A program made the translations under genes and the position numbers. The notes under the pieces are model-generated. The model was given only the letters and a program-made list of their open reading frames with translations. It was not told the DNA's origin and did not search any database. A DNA stretch of 64,000 bases from Octopus vulgaris (lineage: Eukaryota), in assembly GCA_951406725.2 (NCBI GenBank), contig OX597829.1:38564001-38628000 (forward strand), in the 5' to 3' direction. Within the stretch, counting starts at the first letter, position 1; each line of letters begins with the position of its first letter. Below are positions 59,508 to 64,000 of this stretch, one piece after another.

Positions 59508-60169
59508 TACCCAATGTATTCCGCCTCCTACTTACATTTGTTTATGACTTGGAATTGGTGAAAGGACAGGGTTTATAACCATGATTGGCGGTTTCAAGAT
59601 TAGCAAGAGGGAAGGTCACGACATGATTGAAATGCATGTACATAGTAAACACTGTTAAAGATATCTAATGTGATGTTAAACTGGATGATTAGATTAAGTC
59701 TAACTACTAGGATAATATATCTACTGCCGACTTCCACAGTTTCCATTTCATCATGTGACATCTTGAGCAAGTGGTGTCTTAACTTTAAGTCAACTAATGG
59801 AATCAAACCCAAAATTACACAGATGCAACGTTATATTTCTCCACTGCACAACCTGCAATTTTTCTTTAAAAAGATCTATTTCTGTTTTTTTAAAAGCTGC
59901 TATTTCTAGCAGATTAAGGGATTTTGTAAAATGCTTCCTCAATGGTTATAAATTGCTATAATGCAATGGCAGCAGTATGTTGAAATTGACTTGCTATTTG
60001 TTAACTTAAAGTACTTAGTTCAAGTCCATCCTCTGCCCCATCAGAGTAAAGTATCTGTGATAGGTTTTTGATCTATCCTAGAGGAGATCTTATCCCTTAT
60101 TCCCTAAATGTGCTTATTTGTAAAACTGTAGATTCTATGGTTGAAGTTGTCTCAGCTTATTTCTGATGA

Positions 60170-60320
60170 ATATTCTTTTCTGCTCTAGGCACAAGGCCTG
60201 GGATTTTGGGGGAGAGGTCCAGTCATTTAGATCTACCCCAGTGCGCAAATGGTATTTAATTTATCAACCCCTAAAGGATGAAAGGCAAAGTGAACCTCAG
60301 CGGAATTTGAACTCAGAATG
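60170..60320 (-). mobile_element. Older family B-type SINE, 5'-truncated
   Basis: GGCACAAGGCCTG ... AAAGGATGAAAGGCAAAG ... ATTTGAACTCAGAA. Confidence 0.85.
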
Positions 60321-60701
60321 TTGTTTTTTTTGTATTTAAATAATTTCTTTGTTAGAGAATAGAAATGGACTTTAATATTTGATATCAAAGTATAATGACT
60401 GATTTTTCAGTTAAGAAAAAATAGTAGCTTTTTAATATAAATATATTTTAACATATTTTACTGACCAAATAAATTCTTTCCCATGTTTGTTGTTACTGCA
60501 CTAATACTATAAAATAAGGTTTGTTGTTAAAGCAAAACATTGGATCTTTAACACTGAAACTGTTCATTTTATATCCAGTGACTATTGCTGTAGCTATCAG
60601 TGATATTGACCTGTGTTTGTAAGTGTCTTGCTACTAGTCTCCACTGTTCTTCATTGAAATCTAAGATTCTGAGTGTTTGCTTTAATTGGCGCTACCTCTG
60701 T

Positions 60702-60914
60702 GACTCTTTTACTTGTTTCAGTCATTTGACTGCAACCATGCTGGAGCACCGCCTTTAATCGAGCAAATCGACCCCGGGACTTATTCTTTTGTAAGCCCAG
60801 TACTTATTCTATCGGTCTCTTTTGCCGAACCGCTAAGTAACGGGAAAATAAACACACCAGCATCGGTTGTCAAGCAATGCTAGGGGGACAAACACAGACA
60901 CATAAACACACACA

Positions 60915-60917
<3 letters not shown>
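60702..60917 (-). mobile_element. SINE family A, 3' half
   Basis: Consensus match up to the central TA tract. Confidence 0.93.
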
Positions 60918-60954
<37 letters not shown>

Positions 60955-60955
<1 letters not shown>

Positions 60956-61720
60956 TCAAACAAATCAAAATAGATGAACATTAATGGAATTGTATCTTTG
61001 TGGTACCAGTGCCGGTGGCACACAAGAAAACCATCCGAACGTGGCCGTAGCCAGTACCGCACCGACTGGCCTCCGTGCTGTGGGCACATAAAAACACCAT
61101 CCGAAGACCCAGCAAGACTAGTCAGGCCATAACCTGCGGCCCCTACCTGGGACGTAGTCAGTCCACCTGTGCATACCTTCCTTCTTGTGACACTTGTGAA
61201 GACCTGTTGAGGCAAGTGAAAATCAAAACAAATCAAAATGGATGAACATCAATGGAATTTGTATCTTTGTTGTTCCAGTGCCGGTGGCACGTGGCACACA
61301 AGAAAACCATCCGAACGTGGCCGTAGCCAGTACCGCATCGACTGGCCTCCGTGCTGTGGGCACGTAACAAACACCATCCGATCGTGGCCGTTTGCCAGCC
61401 TCATCTGGCACCTGTGTCGGTGGCACATAAAAACACCATCCGAGCGTGGCCGTCTGCCAGCCTCGTCTGGCACCTGTGTCGGTGGCACATAAAAAACACC
61501 ATCCGAGCGTGGCCGTTTGCCAGCCTCGTCTGGCACCTGTGTCGGTGGCACATAAAATCACCCACTACACTCTCGGAGTGGTTGGCGTTAGGAAGGGCAT
61601 CCAGCTGTAGAAACACTGCCAGATCTGACTGGACTGGTGCAGCTTTCGGGCTCCCCAGACCCCAGTTGAACCGTCCAACCCATGCTAGCATGGAAAGCGA
61701 ACGTTAAATGATGATGATGA
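60955..61720 (+). mobile_element. RTE LINE 3' end (family C) with a duplicated UTR segment
   Basis: 60955-61102 duplicates about 61220-61380; GAAGACCCAGCAAGACTAG at 61103 matches the last ORF codons of the 56214 copy; modules and (GAT)n tail follow. Confidence 0.9.
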
Positions 61721-61900
61721 TCATCATCATTTAGCGTCCGCTTTCCATGCTAGCATGGGTTGGACGGTTTAACTGGGGTCTGTGAAGCCGGAAGGCTTCA
61801 TCAGGCCCAGTCAGATTTGGCAGTGTTTCTACGGCTGGATGCCCTTCCTAACGCCAACCACTCCGCGAGTGTAGTGGGTGTTTTTTACGTGCCACCTGCA
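61721..61900 (-). mobile_element. Family C 3' end, tail-to-tail with the previous copy
   Basis: GATGATGA|TCATCATC junction. Confidence 0.92.
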
Positions 61901-61920
61901 CATATATATATATATACACA

Positions 61921-62086
61921 TATATACGACGGGCTTCTTTCAGTTTCCGTCTACCAAATCCACTCACAAGGCTTTGGTCAGCCTGAGGCTATAGTAGAAG
62001 ACACTTGCCCAAGGTGCCACGCAGTGGGACTGAACCCGGAACCATGCGGTTGGTAAACAAGCTACTTACCACACAGCCACTCCTGC
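61921..62086 (-). mobile_element. SINE family A, 5' half
   Basis: Likely partner of the 60702-60917 half, split by insertions in the central TA tract. Confidence 0.93.
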
Positions 62087-62532
62087 AACTGTTGACATTT
62101 AATGGCCACCCCTACCACCACAGAATTTACTATCAAAACGTGCGTATTCATGCAGCTGGAGGTTGTCTGCAGAAACCAAATTTCCAACAAAACTACAATA
62201 GGAACCCACGCATTGCTTCAGAAACCGATTAATGTTAAGGAATTGCATAAGTTTATTCCCGTGATCAATTTTGTTGCATCAAATAAACTAGGGAATTGTC
62301 TATAAAAACAATAACAACAACAATAATGATAATATGAATCTAAATTCTATTTATCCTAATGTCATATCCTATAGTTAACTCTTTTACATTACTGTCGCCA
62401 TGGTTACACATTTGAAGAAAATGTATTCATTGGCTGTCTAAAGTCTCTGGAATTGAGCGTGTCATTGTTGTTGGCATTGATTCCATTGTCATCCTTACCA
62501 TTTGGTCATCTTCATTGTTACTACCAATAATT

Positions 62533-62920
62533 TCTTTTACTCTACTCTTTTACTTGTTTCAGTCATTTGACTGCAGCCATGCTGGAGCACTGCCTTTAGT
62601 CGAGCAAATCGACACCAGGACTTTGTAAGCTTAGTACTTATTCTATCAGCCTCTTTTGCTGAACCGCTAAGTTACAGGGAGGTAAACACACCACCATTGG
62701 TTGTCAAACGTTGTTGGGGGGACAAACACAAACACACACACACACACATACATATACATATATACGATGGGCTTCTTTCAGTTTCTGTCTACTAAATCCA
62801 CTCACAAGGTTGTCCCGAGGTTATAGTAGAAGACACTTGCCCAAGGTGCCACACAGTGAGACTGAACACGGAACCATGTGGTTGGTAAGCAAGGTACTTA
62901 CCACACAGCCACTCCTGTGC
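62533..62920 (-). mobile_element. SINE family A, full length
   Basis: Consensus match. Confidence 0.95.
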
Positions 62921-63134
62921 CTTTATTGTAATCTTTTTTTTTTGTTATATTTCAAGGGGAAATTAGAACTTTTGTGTGTTCATGCCTTTCCCAATTCAGG
63001 ATCATTTATATTTTTTAACTGTTGTCAGCTGCTGACACTGGAAACTGAACAGTTTCAGGGTTTTTACCTAGCCCTCCCCCACCACTCACCTCTGCTACTT
63101 CCAGTAGAATTACCTTAACCCTCTCTATGCAAAA

Positions 63135-63405
63135 CAATACCACCACCACCCTAATCATAACCACCATCACTGCCACCACCCCCTCCCCATTCCCCATTAG
63201 CATCAGCAGCCATATTGCAAGCAGCATAATCATCATCTACATCATAACTAGCTTAGTCTTCTTCATCATGTGAACAATATCATCACAACTACAAATTGTC
63301 GTCATGATTTGTCATCTCTAATCATCGTTACCACTGAAACCATCATCACAACCACCATGATCATCACCGTCATATGAACATCATTGTCAATATATTTGTC
63401 ACCAT
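63135..63405. repeat. Degenerate (CAT/CAC)n trinucleotide low complexity
   Basis: CATCAT and CACCAC motifs. Confidence 0.75.
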
Positions 63406-63410
63406 TAAGA

Positions 63411-63630
63411 AGGTGACTAACTGTCAGAATCATTAGCATGCCAGGCAAAACGCTTAGCAGCATTTCGTCTGTCTTTATGTTCTGAGTTCAGATTCTGCCA
63501 TGGTTGACTTTGCCTTTCATCCTTTCGGAGGTTGATGAAATAAGCACACATAATGTACTGATGTTGATATAATCAGTTATCCCACTCACTCAAAATTTCA
63601 GGCTTTCTGTCTATATTACAAAGGATTATT
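63411..63630 (+). mobile_element. Older family B-type SINE
   Basis: CAGAATCATTAGCATGCC head, TTTGCCTTTCATCCTTTCGG block, GGATTATT tail. Confidence 0.85.
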
Positions 63631-64000
63631 ATTACTATTGAGTGAGAGAGCAGTGGATGCCATCAAAGTGACACTGGGGTACAAATATATGAAGCCCAGT
63701 ATACCCATCATGACTACCCATCTGATAAGGGTACACCAGGCACATGCACCACAACCGTATGTGCATGACATGGTGATCTTATAATCAAGATAAACAGCAC
63801 ATGATCTTGCAGGTGGGGCCCAGTTAGAATTTTCTTCAGGTTGAGTAGCCCATCCCGCTCAAAAGGTCCCTGAATAAGGGTTGTTTAAGGATGTTGAATG
63901 AAACACCCATGTTTCCAGAGGTGAATTATTCAAGGCCCAAAGAATCCCTCTCAACACATGGCTATGATGCTCCCCCACTACTTCTGCTCGTGATCAGAGA
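63628..64000 (-). mobile_element. Probable 3' UTR of a non-LTR retroelement with a (TAA)n tail, cut by the window edge
   Basis: Abrupt rise in GC ending CTCTCTCACTCAATAGTAATAAT on the minus strand; recalled as a common octopus repeat; no second copy in this window. Confidence 0.45.

Noticed and set aside
61780-61812. Hammerhead on the minus strand (CUGAUGA-AGCC-UUCC-GGCU)
   Set aside because: No GAAA after the stem; other family C copies mostly read CUGGUGC here, so it is a chance variant

Overview
AT-rich eukaryotic non-coding DNA with no recognisable intact protein-coding gene, so it is probably intronic or intergenic. From memory, the repeat families match the abundant tRNA-derived SINEs and RTE LINE tails of Octopus genomes; I have not confirmed this by search. 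The family names below are my working labels. The window holds many tRNA-headed SINEs (families A, B, D, E), 3' ends of RTE-clade LINEs (family C; one copy keeps the ORF C-terminus, and a separate older RTE remnant lies at 31.1 kb), TTAA piggyBac-type MITEs, a hAT MITE, a non-autonomous Helitron, Penelope-like repeats with hammerhead ribozyme motifs, and many microsatellites. Nearly all ORFs in the supplied track are artefacts of these repeats. The most interesting signals are at the RNA level: hammerhead motifs (one in a tRNA-headed SINE, one in a ~550-bp foldback), a modular pseudoknot/hairpin array in the RTE 3' UTR, a SINE trimer inside a single TSD pair, two minisatellites (one derived from a SINE) and several long hairpins. 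Coordinates were read by eye and may be a few bases off for degenerate copies.
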